From a virus (taxonomy: Duplodnaviria > Caudoviricetes): a stretch of DNA of 59,145 bases. The notes beneath the pieces were generated by a model. That model did not search any database. It was not told the DNA's origin and saw nothing but the letters and a program-made list of their open reading frames with translations. Numbering within the stretch: the stretch's first letter is position 1; the number at the start of each line of letters is the position of its first letter. Below, piece after piece: positions 45,087 through 55,027 of the stretch. The translations under genes and the position numbers were made by a program. The stretch covers positions 1 through 59,145 of IMG/VR virus record IMGVR_UViG_3300012953_000034. The stretch is one strand, 5' to 3'.

Positions 45087-48000
45087 TTAATCTTCGTCAT
45101 CTTCTTTTTTTAATTTTTTGGTGGGATCACTATAAGTAATATTTAAATCGATTTTTTTGCCAGTTTTCTTAGAAGTTAGTCGAATCTTAAAAGTTTTATC
45201 CCAAATCAGCTCTTCTGCGGTTCCTATTTCAACCTTTTCATATTCCTCTGATGCTGTGAGTCCAAAATTTGCAGCTGTCGTATTCATGTTCGTCTGGGAC
45301 AACTTTGGGGTTAGTTGAATTAACTTTCTAAATGAAATTGATGTTTCTTTGTGACTGGGCTGGAAGAGATCTTCTTCGAATAACACCTCAAAATTAGCAT
45401 ATTTGTAGCCGCCATCATTGACCAACTCAGCTTCTAATATAGTTTCAACATTGCCAGGTATACCCAATTCATTGACTGCTCTAAATAGATAATAATATTT
45501 TGTATTTGACTTTACAATATCATCAAAAACAGCAGTTGTGTATGTAAAATTTGATCTTGGAATTTTTAATGAGATGGTTTTATATAAATTTCCTGAGAAT
45601 TCTTTGAAGCTTTTAGGCCTTTTGTTTAAGCGGTATACTTCAATTGAGCTAGCGGGGGATATAGTTGATTCCTTGTAGCTTAATGGCGTGGTTAATAAAT
45701 AATCTCTCGCATGCAAATACTGCGTTCGAGTAACTTCGTCTGAATCTAATATTATGCGGGGATAAAATCTTTCTGACGGAGATTGATAATAAAGTTCAAA
45801 GTTTAATCTGCTAGAGTTATCCTTATAATGGTATGGTACAGCGTCAATGTTACTTGGCGGATTATCCAATATTCGATAAGTCTTAGATGCTATTGGGATC
45901 TCAACAATTCGAACAGACGGCTGGCACGTAGCTAAAAATTGCGCTACGTATGGCGGAAGCACCCCTCCGCCTTCAGATTTTTTAGCAGAAGCAGCAATTC
46001 GCTGGGCATCCGTGGCCACTCTACTTATTTCTTCACTAAGCGCAGCGGCGGGAAGATCTGTGTCGTACACTATGTCTTCTAGAAGATCTGACGATCTATT
46101 TCCGGTAAAGGGGTCGTAATATTCGATACAATACGCGTCTGGTGGTGGTGGTGGGGTGCCCTCAATACCGGTTCCAAGGTCCACGGCTCCTGTCCATCCT
46201 TCTTCAGCGCTTACTTGTCCTATAATCCGACTAATTCTGAGATCAGAGTATTTGTACTTGAATCCCTCAACTATGTAATACGCATAAACTCTGTAAGTAT
46301 AGTCAGTATCATATTTTACTTGAGTATCTAAGAAGTTCATCTCTTCAAGACCGGAGCCATTAAAAATCCAAAAATTCTGCAGAGCATTCTGAGTATTTGC
46401 ATCGCCAGATGGTGGGCCCCCGATTTTTTCTATTCTGTATGCGAGAACCTCATTATATTTAGGATCTGGATTGAGGCTTGCTAAAGTATCTGCATCTGAA
46501 AAGTCTACCTTCGTTCCGTCACCGTATACTTGAGAATTTAGGATGTCTCCGATACTATTAACCCTATAGCTGGACAAATTTGGGGCCTGTCGCGCAAGAC
46601 AATTTTCAAATGTTTTCACTATATTTCTGTTATTATAAGCCCGGTATATTCCCCTAGTGTCATAAATTGATTTAGTGTCTATGTTCTCATAATCCATTAC
46701 CATGAAATCTTCAAAGTCATCGGATATTTTATTATAATTGTATAGAAGCGATTGAATATAATCCACACTTCGATGTTCGACAATACCGGTGGTACACTCA
46801 ACACCATTGGCAGTCATCCCAATAGAAGATGATAAAAACTTTTGATTTTTTAAATATTGCATTCGCTCTATTGGTACCGTGGCATCTCCCTGACGTAGGA
46901 ATATTTCTTTTAGGTTGCGCAAGAACATTGTGCTGTAATCATTTCGTGCAATGTCCTGCGCATATTTTTTTGTTGCATGAGTTGGGAAAGTTATTTTATT
47001 GCAAAATGGAACCATTTTTTCATACAAAAATGCATTTGAATCGTTTCTTAGAAATGATTCAACAGAATTTGCATTAAAAAGAACATTTGAAAATCTATTA
47101 TGAAGATAATTCCTAGTACCACGTGAAACTTTATTAGAATGATTGACAAATGTTGTGTTGAGGTAATTTAAGTAATTCATAAATTGAAGCGGGGTGTTTT
47201 TGTTTGGACCGGACGCTTCTGAAGTTGAAGGCTCATAGTCACCGGCGGGGGGCCACTCCAATAATGACTCAATATGCTCAAGAGTCACTTGTCCGTTTCT
47301 GGTATAGTATTCTATAATATTTGGGTTAAGATATCTGGCGTCCGGCGCACTCGTATACGAAATGCCGGGAGGACCAAGACGCTCAACTAGCGGAACCTTT
47401 GCTAGTATTTCGTAAGCTGCGGGAGTCTCTGCTACCAAATTAGTTAAATACCAATTTGGCAATTCCTTTTCATTTTCTATATCATCGCTATATGATTGAT
47501 AATTTCTTACAAAAAAATTATACCTACTCCCCAATTCAATATAAGAATAAATCATTTCTGGATTTTTTAAATATTGTTTTTGAATATTAGGGTACGGTCT
47601 AGTTGTGGTAAACCAGTGATCATCGTAAACCGCTTCATTATAAATGGGGGATATGTCTGTATAGAGAAAGCGACCTCCTGTGAAAAGTAGCTTCCAATAT
47701 TTATTGCCAAACATTATATCAGACAAATATTCTGCTTCTGGGTCTCCATCAATTTTGCAAACAAACTGAACGTATGGCAATATTATATCCTGAATATAAG
47801 GCGAAAATTCATCGTACCCGCGAAGTTTCACATCCAATGTATCCGGCGACATGTCTTCACTCGATGGAGTTCCAAGAGGTGTTGCTAGTTCATTTATCTC
47901 TTCTCCCGTCAGAGAAGCCACGGAATACAAATAAGAACTTTGAAATGAATTTGATTTAAATTTAGCAAATGATGGTGGAACTGTGTACTTGCCTTCCTCG

Positions 48001-48266
48001 TTGGGAACATTCATGAAGTAACCACCTACAAAATTTCTGAATGCATCACTTGAGCCGGCTAATAAGTTTAAGTCTACGTACGAACACCCGATCGATTCCT
48101 GCGGGTCAATCAAATCTTCTGATGGTGTTGCTGTCAACTCCGCAAACGTTAGTTTGACTCCATCAATCACGTCAGTAAGAGCTTCGGACGCGGCTGGGTC
48201 AAGATCTTCAGATGCGGGAGATGGTATAACTGCTCCTGGGGGGGAACCTGGAAAAAATGGAGCCAC
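45087..48266 (-). CDS. Large hypothetical (probably virion) protein
   Basis: 1059 aa, Tyr-rich, FnIII-like YTYRVYAY and KYYYLFRAVN motifs, ends KIRLTSKKTGKKIDLN. Confidence 0.55.
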   Translation of the reverse strand: MAPFFPGSPPGAVIPSPASEDLDPAASEALTDVIDGVKLTFAELTATPSEDLIDPQESIGCSYVDLNLLAGSSDAFRNFVGGYFMNVPNEEGKYTVPPSFAKFKSNSFQSSYLYSVASLTGEEINELATPLGTPSSEDMSPDTLDVKLRGYDEFSPYIQDIILPYVQFVCKIDGDPEAEYLSDIMFGNKYWKLLFTGGRFLYTDISPIYNEAVYDDHWFTTTRPYPNIQKQYLKNPEMIYSYIELGSRYNFFVRNYQSYSDDIENEKELPNWYLTNLVAETPAAYEILAKVPLVERLGPPGISYTSAPDARYLNPNIIEYYTRNGQVTLEHIESLLEWPPAGDYEPSTSEASGPNKNTPLQFMNYLNYLNTTFVNHSNKVSRGTRNYLHNRFSNVLFNANSVESFLRNDSNAFLYEKMVPFCNKITFPTHATKKYAQDIARNDYSTMFLRNLKEIFLRQGDATVPIERMQYLKNQKFLSSSIGMTANGVECTTGIVEHRSVDYIQSLLYNYNKISDDFEDFMVMDYENIDTKSIYDTRGIYRAYNNRNIVKTFENCLARQAPNLSSYRVNSIGDILNSQVYGDGTKVDFSDADTLASLNPDPKYNEVLAYRIEKIGGPPSGDANTQNALQNFWIFNGSGLEEMNFLDTQVKYDTDYTYRVYAYYIVEGFKYKYSDLRISRIIGQVSAEEGWTGAVDLGTGIEGTPPPPPDAYCIEYYDPFTGNRSSDLLEDIVYDTDLPAAALSEEISRVATDAQRIAASAKKSEGGGVLPPYVAQFLATCQPSVRIVEIPIASKTYRILDNPPSNIDAVPYHYKDNSSRLNFELYYQSPSERFYPRIILDSDEVTRTQYLHARDYLLTTPLSYKESTISPASSIEVYRLNKRPKSFKEFSGNLYKTISLKIPRSNFTYTTAVFDDIVKSNTKYYYLFRAVNELGIPGNVETILEAELVNDGGYKYANFEVLFEEDLFQPSHKETSISFRKLIQLTPKLSQTNMNTTAANFGLTASEEYEKVEIGTAEELIWDKTFKIRLTSKKTGKKIDLNITYSDPTKKLKKEDDED

Positions 48267-49729
48267 TAGTAACTACCTCCGCCGCCGCCCATACCGCCGC
48301 CACCGCCGCCGCCTGTGCCAAAGCCAAAGCTAGACGGAATGCCCATTCCGGATCCGGGAGAGGGCGGGGTAAGACCTGTTCCACCTGTTCCTCCAGCGGA
48401 GTCGACAGGCAACAGCCCTGCGCCGGCGCCTTCAGAACCCATGAACGTGTACCCCGAACTCATTGGTGCTGCGGGGAACGACCCACCATAATCCATACCC
48501 AGATCTCCGCCGGCTTCCATCATCATACGAAATTCTTCCGCGGTCAATAAACCTTCGCCAGGATATTTGACTGGTCGACCACCATTTCGTTTTGAGCCGG
48601 CTCTAATAGATGAATCAAGGATTTGAGAAATAGTGACGTCCTCCATTGTTTCTTTTTGGGTAATTTTTTGATATCTTTCATTTGACATTTTTAACCTAGG
48701 TATTGTTCGGATAACATCATTTCTTGGGACAAAACCTTCTTCCAGACCATCTAGAATAGTATCTAAAGAGTTGTTCAGGCGCTGAAACGTCTCCTGATAG
48801 GGTTCACCGTCAGCTAATTTTGAAAAACCGAATGTTTCTTTTAGTGATATCTTCTCAGACTCTCTCCAAGAAACAGGATCGAAAGGATCAGTTAATCTTA
48901 TGGTGCCATAAGTTGTATTAGAATCAAATGGATACCCCACGGTGGGGTGCGTCTCGTACGAGTCGACGAGAGTGACGCTTCCATCTGATCCAATCGTGCC
49001 CATGCCGGCGCTGATACCAAATGATAGTCCATTAATATAATCTGTCCAACCGGTAGTTAGACCTTGATCTGGGTCTTCATAAATGTTATTGAATTCTGTC
49101 CTCCATACCGCAACAGATCCAGAACATCTTTCTTTCCAGAGATCGTACCAAAGGCCTGTATTGGCTGCCCTTGGAAAAGTTACAACACCCCACCCGCCGG
49201 CGGACGTGTCCCAAAAAAGCGACCCGTTGATGCATCCGGGGAATATGGTCGATGAGCGAGCGCCGAGATCTGGCTTGGCGTACCTTATTCCATAACTATC
49301 TTCTGTAAGGGTTGTTGTTTCATCTAAGTGCTCCACTGGCCAGGTTTCGCCGTCGTTTAGAGCGGATATTTCATCGGTTATTCTTTGCGATAAATCGACC
49401 TCGGCCATCAAAGTGGTAGTATTTCCATATGGCGTGTACGGTGTGTCGGCGTCAGCGCTGAACAACTCAATCTCGGCGCCGTCCGCGGACGAATAAGCGC
49501 CGGCGTCTCGCAATTCTTGCCCGATTCTTTGACCGCCGGTGGCGCCATATCCTGTATTGTGGCCTGGGTAAGTTGTGGCTGAAAAGTCCGTGCTGTACTC
49601 TACATATGTTCCGTATGACGGATCGCTACCTCCAGAATCAGGATTCGGTGATTCTGGAGTTGTTACCGTGTACGATACAACGTAAGGGGTGCCTCCAAAG
49701 CCCGCTCCAGTGTGTCCATTTGCTGCCAT
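48266..49729 (-). CDS. Hypothetical protein with Gly/Met-rich C-terminus
   Basis: 487 aa ORF with AGGAG SD. Confidence 0.55.
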   Translation of the reverse strand: MAANGHTGAGFGGTPYVVSYTVTTPESPNPDSGGSDPSYGTYVEYSTDFSATTYPGHNTGYGATGGQRIGQELRDAGAYSSADGAEIELFSADADTPYTPYGNTTTLMAEVDLSQRITDEISALNDGETWPVEHLDETTTLTEDSYGIRYAKPDLGARSSTIFPGCINGSLFWDTSAGGWGVVTFPRAANTGLWYDLWKERCSGSVAVWRTEFNNIYEDPDQGLTTGWTDYINGLSFGISAGMGTIGSDGSVTLVDSYETHPTVGYPFDSNTTYGTIRLTDPFDPVSWRESEKISLKETFGFSKLADGEPYQETFQRLNNSLDTILDGLEEGFVPRNDVIRTIPRLKMSNERYQKITQKETMEDVTISQILDSSIRAGSKRNGGRPVKYPGEGLLTAEEFRMMMEAGGDLGMDYGGSFPAAPMSSGYTFMGSEGAGAGLLPVDSAGGTGGTGLTPPSPGSGMGIPSSFGFGTGGGGGGGMGGGGGSY

Positions 49730-49754
49730 CTTCTATATACTCCTGTCTCTTGAA

Positions 49755-50333
49755 CTAAAAATACTTATTTTTTCCAAAATAATTCTTACTTTGATTTAAA
49801 ATTGTCATGTTTGATAACACAAATGAAGGATCAGATTGTACAAAAATTTCTTTAGTTGTATCACTTTTTGGTATCTTATAATCTTTTACAAGACTCGGCC
49901 CATCATCAAGTTGATAAAATGGATCGTCAACACTAACAAATTTGTCTGTTGCTAATACAAGATTGTTGACTGTGTTTGAAAACTCTTTTTTGTCAAAAAT
50001 ATACTGGCTATCAATAGTCTCCTTATTGGAGTTACACTCTAGCAGAGAAAAATCAGAATCTATATCTGTTATAGACACATTCATTGCAAACAAAACTTCT
50101 CGGGCGGTTTGTGCTCTATTTGTTTTTCTTCCAGGGGCTGCGCGCAATGATCTTAAATTTGGATGTGGGCCGGTTCTTTGTGCGACTGCTGCTCTTGCAG
50201 CTTCAATGTTAAACAAAGTTGGTTCGCGCCGGCGATCAACAACTTTGTCAATAAAAATTTCTTGATTTCTTCTTCTAGATGCACGGGCGTTGTGTCTTAT
50301 ATTTGATACCTTTTCTGGATCTTTGAAAAACAT
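49755..50333 (-). CDS. Hypothetical protein with Arg-rich N-terminal half
   Basis: 192 aa, AAGGAG SD, upstream ACTAATTA. Confidence 0.55.
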   Translation of the reverse strand: MFFKDPEKVSNIRHNARASRRRNQEIFIDKVVDRRREPTLFNIEAARAAVAQRTGPHPNLRSLRAAPGRKTNRAQTAREVLFAMNVSITDIDSDFSLLECNSNKETIDSQYIFDKKEFSNTVNNLVLATDKFVSVDDPFYQLDDGPSLVKDYKIPKSDTTKEIFVQSDPSFVLSNMTILNQSKNYFGKNKYF

Positions 50334-50383
50334 TTGGCTACTCCTTGTCTGTAATTAGTAATAGGGCTAAAATACTGTCAACA

Positions 50384-53300
50384 CTACACATCAACATCAT
50401 CGATACCCATTGTTAAACTTAATTCATCCGCGACTCTTGTATAGTCTCCAATGTGATCTGTTATTCTATCTTTGACAAATCCACCGAATCGGAAATTTCG
50501 TTCACTGCCTATACTGGCTGCATAATCTTTGGCCATGGCGTTTATTCTCGTAAGCTGAGAGTCCATTAATTCACACTGTTGTTTAAACTCCACAAGAACC
50601 TGTAGCGTGCCAGTTTCTGGTCTTATCATTTCTAACATATTGTTGGCGGTTTGCATCATCTTGTCCCACTCTCCGCCAAACACATCTGAGAAAATAAGCT
50701 GGTATAGGTGATAAATTGCTATCATCTTAAACCAAGGCGACTTTCTGGGATCCGGATGTTTAGTTAGCATAGTTTCAACAAAAAAGTTATTGAAACGAGT
50801 TGTAAAATCATTAAACGAGCAGTTTTCTTCAGCAAACTCGTAATATTCGCTCATAAAGACAGAATAAATATCACGGTACTTTTTTCCTAGGGCTTTAATA
50901 ATATCGTCACTGTTGTCTTCTATGGTTATGTCAATAGAATATTTATCTACAAAATAACCACCGTTAAAATCACTATCTACGCCCCCCAATGTGGCGCCAT
51001 AATCATCCTCACCTTCTGCCGTATTGTTTCCAGCATAAACTTGGTCGTCATCCGTAAAATATTGGTAGTAAAACATAAAAAGCCTGTAGTTGTTTGTCCA
51101 GGTTTCTTTTGAGCTACCGAACGAGACGTCTTCAAAGCCCGGAAAGCCGAATGATCTTTGCACAACATGTGAAAACTCATCATACGCTTTCGATTCTGCG
51201 AGGTGTTGCATATCAACTTCTGCCATACCCATCGGCGAATCGACTTCTGGGGTGCCGCCACTTGTATAATATGTTGTATCAGTTATTTCATCAAAACTAG
51301 TATCACTTAATATGTTTACCCGATTATATACCAGAGGGGTTAAATTGACGGCCTCGGTAGGAATAACAAGCTGTAAAAAATCATAGGTGTAAGGAACATT
51401 CGTTATATTTTTGTATTTCAATCTCATAAAGAAGTCTCCCCGTGAGCCCCAGTTATGATTGTAATATATGCATTCTTTCATCTTAATTGCTGAATTAGTT
51501 ATTTCTTGTGCTGACGGCATATAGGCCATAAGTCTATCGACGTTTAGGAAATTAGATATTACTGATCTTTTTCTAATATATTTTTCCATATCAAAAAAGA
51601 AGTTTCCATATTTTTTTACAATAATATCGGTTTCTGCTAGGGCAGAATGGACGCCGGTATCGCTCGTAAAACCTTCGAAGGCGCCTTCAACGATCAAAAG
51701 TTCCTGGATAATCTCCTTGATTCTTGCTAAGTTATCTGAAAGCTTATTTCTTATGAAATTGCGCGCATCGTGACCAAAAGATATTACTTGATAATTTCTA
51801 CTGGTTGACGTGCCACTATCTTCGCCGCGGGAGGTGTCATCATCTTGAAATTTATCTTGTATCTCATAGTCTCCATATGGAAACCAGCACCCATTGGTGG
51901 AGCGCGTTCTAATATTATGAACGCTTGCGGTTTTCCAACTGTTGCTGATGTATTTGTAATTAAAAGTTGAGTTTTCTGGGCACACACCAGTTGCAAGAAT
52001 AAAGGTACAAAGACGGTTTGATAGATATTGATTTAAATACACTTCCAGCCTGTCGAGAAGGCCTGTTGATAAAATCTCTGCTGTGCCTTGTCGCTCAGTA
52101 GCTGTATTAAGATCAGTACCGCTTAGTTTGGTTATTTCGTTTTTTAACCAAAGATACAGTGATCTTCCTATTTGGCCCGGAAGATCCTTTAAGTATTCGT
52201 CCAGTTCGGTGCCCGTATTGAGATCATTTACACTAGTATAATCGGGATTAATTCCCATAGATTCTTTGAGCGCTCGAATCTCATCATCACTCATGCCTGA
52301 GTCGCCACCCGTAAAGGCTGTGACCAAATCACTATTTGTAACATTAGTGCCGTCGCCGCTCGAGTATACTTGATATACGGAATAATCATCGTCACCACCC
52401 ATGACATTGAGCACGGTTGCATCTGATGGAACTGCTGTTGGATATTCAACACCGCTGGGTGAAAGGTCTATACTGGTAAAACCATTAATTGGATCAATTC
52501 CAAATATTCTGCTTAATAATTTTATTATTTGTCCTTGTACTTCTCTTACATTTTTACGAACGATATGAACAATACCAGAAGGCGCATCCTTTCGTTCCGG
52601 ATAGTAATCGCCGCTCTCGCCGAGAGCAGAACCAGACCTGGACTTTACCATCGTGATTGGGTTAATCCCACCAATTCTTTCAACATGATTTTCCATAAGC
52701 CATTCAGCCCATTCATAGCCAGTTATATCTCCTTGATCAAAAGTCCACCACTCCGCACTAGTGCCGGTGGGGTTAACGATCATCGAATCTCCGGGGCCAG
52801 CAGATCGCCGAGGAACAAAAACTGTAATTTGGTCGATAGCGTGTGAGCTATTACCAAGACTAGTCGCTGTGTGGCCGGGATACGGATGATTGGCTGCGGG
52901 GTGCGAGCTAGAGTCTGCTCCAAACAATTGCCAAGCAGAATACATCTCTCCTCTATCGCACCTAGACAATATTGTTGATGCCATTTTGGTACAGGTCGAT
53001 TCCACGTTCTCATAAAAGAAAGCCTTTCTATTCCAACCGGATGTGTCCATTGTGGCGGCGTCCGTGCCGCTGCCGCCGTGTGGTATATCTATACCGAACG
53101 CGTCGTTATACTGAGACCAACTGTTGCCAGCCTGAGCATCTTTAAAATTCATTAAGTCCCTATACGCATATTTCCAGCTAGCTGGTCTCCACGTGTCGTC
53201 GTCGGCATCGCAGCCATCTCCCCAATTTAGGCCATCTGGTGCTGTTCCCCAGGGATGATCGATTAGGAAGGTTCTCCATCCTGAGTGATATTCTCCGTAT

Positions 53301-55027
53301 CCAGTACCCATATCTCCAGTAGCATATACAAAGCGGCCGGCCCAGTTGTTAAATGACCAATCGAATGCTCGACGGGCGGCGCTCTCGATTACTTTAAGAA
53401 TAAAGTTGTTTGCTGTATCATTTCCTCCAAAAGCTACTTCTGGGCGGGCAAGGGGAGCAGCGAAGCCTCCAAGGCCCCATTCGCCGCGCGACTCTTCTGC
53501 GGTTGTAAACGATACATCATCCCAATCAGTAGTTGGGCCGTCGCCGCCGTTAACAAAATCAAACCAAGAATGATCCGTTAATAATGTGTCTAGTTCGTTC
53601 ATAAGTTGGGCGCGTTTGGCATCATAAACCTCCTTCCTCTCAGTGGGAGAAACTGGGAGTTCTGCAGCGCCAGGATAAGCAGAAGGCTGATTTGCGATGG
53701 GTACATATTTCGCCACAGCGCTGGCGAATAGGTTCTTGTTGACATAGATAAACTCTCGCACATCGTCATTATCTATAAACGATGTGGCGTCAAAAGAAGC
53801 CGGGGTGAATGCTCGAGCGTCGACTATTTTATAGTTTTTAAATACTCTTTTTATCACCTCATCTTGCTGCATTAATAGCTGATCAACATTAAATATTAAC
53901 CTTCGGAATCTCTCATACAGAACACTGACTTGGCTAGCCCCCACTTGTTCGGGAAAAACATCTGCGGCTTGTTCTAGTTTTTTTAAAAATTCGAGGGAGT
54001 CTTTATGGGTATATACCATCATGTTTATTTCGTCAATAACCTCTCTCATCTGTAAATCAGAGAGATATGACGGCCTATATTCGGACAAAAGCTTGCTGAG
54101 GGATTCTTCTATTTCTGCGGCCCCAAATTTATCTGTTTTGTAAAATTTGCCATTCAATGCCTTAAGCGGAGGATTAGGGTAATAAACGCCGGACTGATCC
54201 ACATATGAAGCATCACCGTAAGTTATCAAGGAGTTATTTTTCCTTATTTGTTCATAAGAAACATCACTAAAATTTAAAGTGTATGCCGCGGTGCTTAGGC
54301 GGGTCATGGGCCCGTACGGTGCGCGCACATCTCCTACTGATATGGCAGCAAAAGCAGTCAATTCATCAATAGATGAAAAATCAAGAACAAATGTGTCTAT
54401 CTCTATTTGAGACATTCTTATAATAGGGTTTTCATCTTTATCAAAAGTTGTGGTAAATCTTACCGTATCATAGAACTCACTTAGTGGTATCGTAATGACA
54501 TAAAGGCCGGAGGGTTCCAATAGCTCTAGTATCTCTGTAATATCATTTATACCTGAGTGTGGGGCCCCACCTTCAGGGCTAGCAAATGCAGGTTCCGCGC
54601 GGAACGCTTCAGCTGGATTTCCGGTTGTAGGTTGCATGAACGACTTTAGTGCCAATCTAGATTTCTTAAGCTGGTCTCCAACTCCATTTCGTGCTATAAT
54701 CAAATTTATGTAAAGAGGTTCCGTCGAGCCTCCGTCAACCGTTGATCTGGCGCTAAACAATTCGTTGGAAAAATTTTGAGCATCAAATCCTTCAATTGTA
54801 TTAAACAAAACGGAAATCATAAACTTCATCCTAGTAGTAGAAGCTACCTGATCTACAATTTTGTCAGCCTGATCCGAAAACTTTACAGTCGTTCTTGCTT
54901 TTTGAACTAAGTCTCCAAAATCTTCATCACTTAAATTAATCGTCTCAAGCCGAACAATGTCGATAATTGGTGTCGGTAAATGGCGACCTAATAGGTCTAC
55001 TAAGTTATCTTGCAGTTTTAAGGACAT
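50384..55027 (-). CDS. Large hypothetical (probably virion) protein
   Basis: 1547 aa uninterrupted ORF overlapping the upstream gene. Confidence 0.6.
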   Translation of the reverse strand: MSLKLQDNLVDLLGRHLPTPIIDIVRLETINLSDEDFGDLVQKARTTVKFSDQADKIVDQVASTTRMKFMISVLFNTIEGFDAQNFSNELFSARSTVDGGSTEPLYINLIIARNGVGDQLKKSRLALKSFMQPTTGNPAEAFRAEPAFASPEGGAPHSGINDITEILELLEPSGLYVITIPLSEFYDTVRFTTTFDKDENPIIRMSQIEIDTFVLDFSSIDELTAFAAISVGDVRAPYGPMTRLSTAAYTLNFSDVSYEQIRKNNSLITYGDASYVDQSGVYYPNPPLKALNGKFYKTDKFGAAEIEESLSKLLSEYRPSYLSDLQMREVIDEINMMVYTHKDSLEFLKKLEQAADVFPEQVGASQVSVLYERFRRLIFNVDQLLMQQDEVIKRVFKNYKIVDARAFTPASFDATSFIDNDDVREFIYVNKNLFASAVAKYVPIANQPSAYPGAAELPVSPTERKEVYDAKRAQLMNELDTLLTDHSWFDFVNGGDGPTTDWDDVSFTTAEESRGEWGLGGFAAPLARPEVAFGGNDTANNFILKVIESAARRAFDWSFNNWAGRFVYATGDMGTGYGEYHSGWRTFLIDHPWGTAPDGLNWGDGCDADDDTWRPASWKYAYRDLMNFKDAQAGNSWSQYNDAFGIDIPHGGSGTDAATMDTSGWNRKAFFYENVESTCTKMASTILSRCDRGEMYSAWQLFGADSSSHPAANHPYPGHTATSLGNSSHAIDQITVFVPRRSAGPGDSMIVNPTGTSAEWWTFDQGDITGYEWAEWLMENHVERIGGINPITMVKSRSGSALGESGDYYPERKDAPSGIVHIVRKNVREVQGQIIKLLSRIFGIDPINGFTSIDLSPSGVEYPTAVPSDATVLNVMGGDDDYSVYQVYSSGDGTNVTNSDLVTAFTGGDSGMSDDEIRALKESMGINPDYTSVNDLNTGTELDEYLKDLPGQIGRSLYLWLKNEITKLSGTDLNTATERQGTAEILSTGLLDRLEVYLNQYLSNRLCTFILATGVCPENSTFNYKYISNSWKTASVHNIRTRSTNGCWFPYGDYEIQDKFQDDDTSRGEDSGTSTSRNYQVISFGHDARNFIRNKLSDNLARIKEIIQELLIVEGAFEGFTSDTGVHSALAETDIIVKKYGNFFFDMEKYIRKRSVISNFLNVDRLMAYMPSAQEITNSAIKMKECIYYNHNWGSRGDFFMRLKYKNITNVPYTYDFLQLVIPTEAVNLTPLVYNRVNILSDTSFDEITDTTYYTSGGTPEVDSPMGMAEVDMQHLAESKAYDEFSHVVQRSFGFPGFEDVSFGSSKETWTNNYRLFMFYYQYFTDDDQVYAGNNTAEGEDDYGATLGGVDSDFNGGYFVDKYSIDITIEDNSDDIIKALGKKYRDIYSVFMSEYYEFAEENCSFNDFTTRFNNFFVETMLTKHPDPRKSPWFKMIAIYHLYQLIFSDVFGGEWDKMMQTANNMLEMIRPETGTLQVLVEFKQQCELMDSQLTRINAMAKDYAASIGSERNFRFGGFVKDRITDHIGDYTRVADELSLTMGIDDVDV

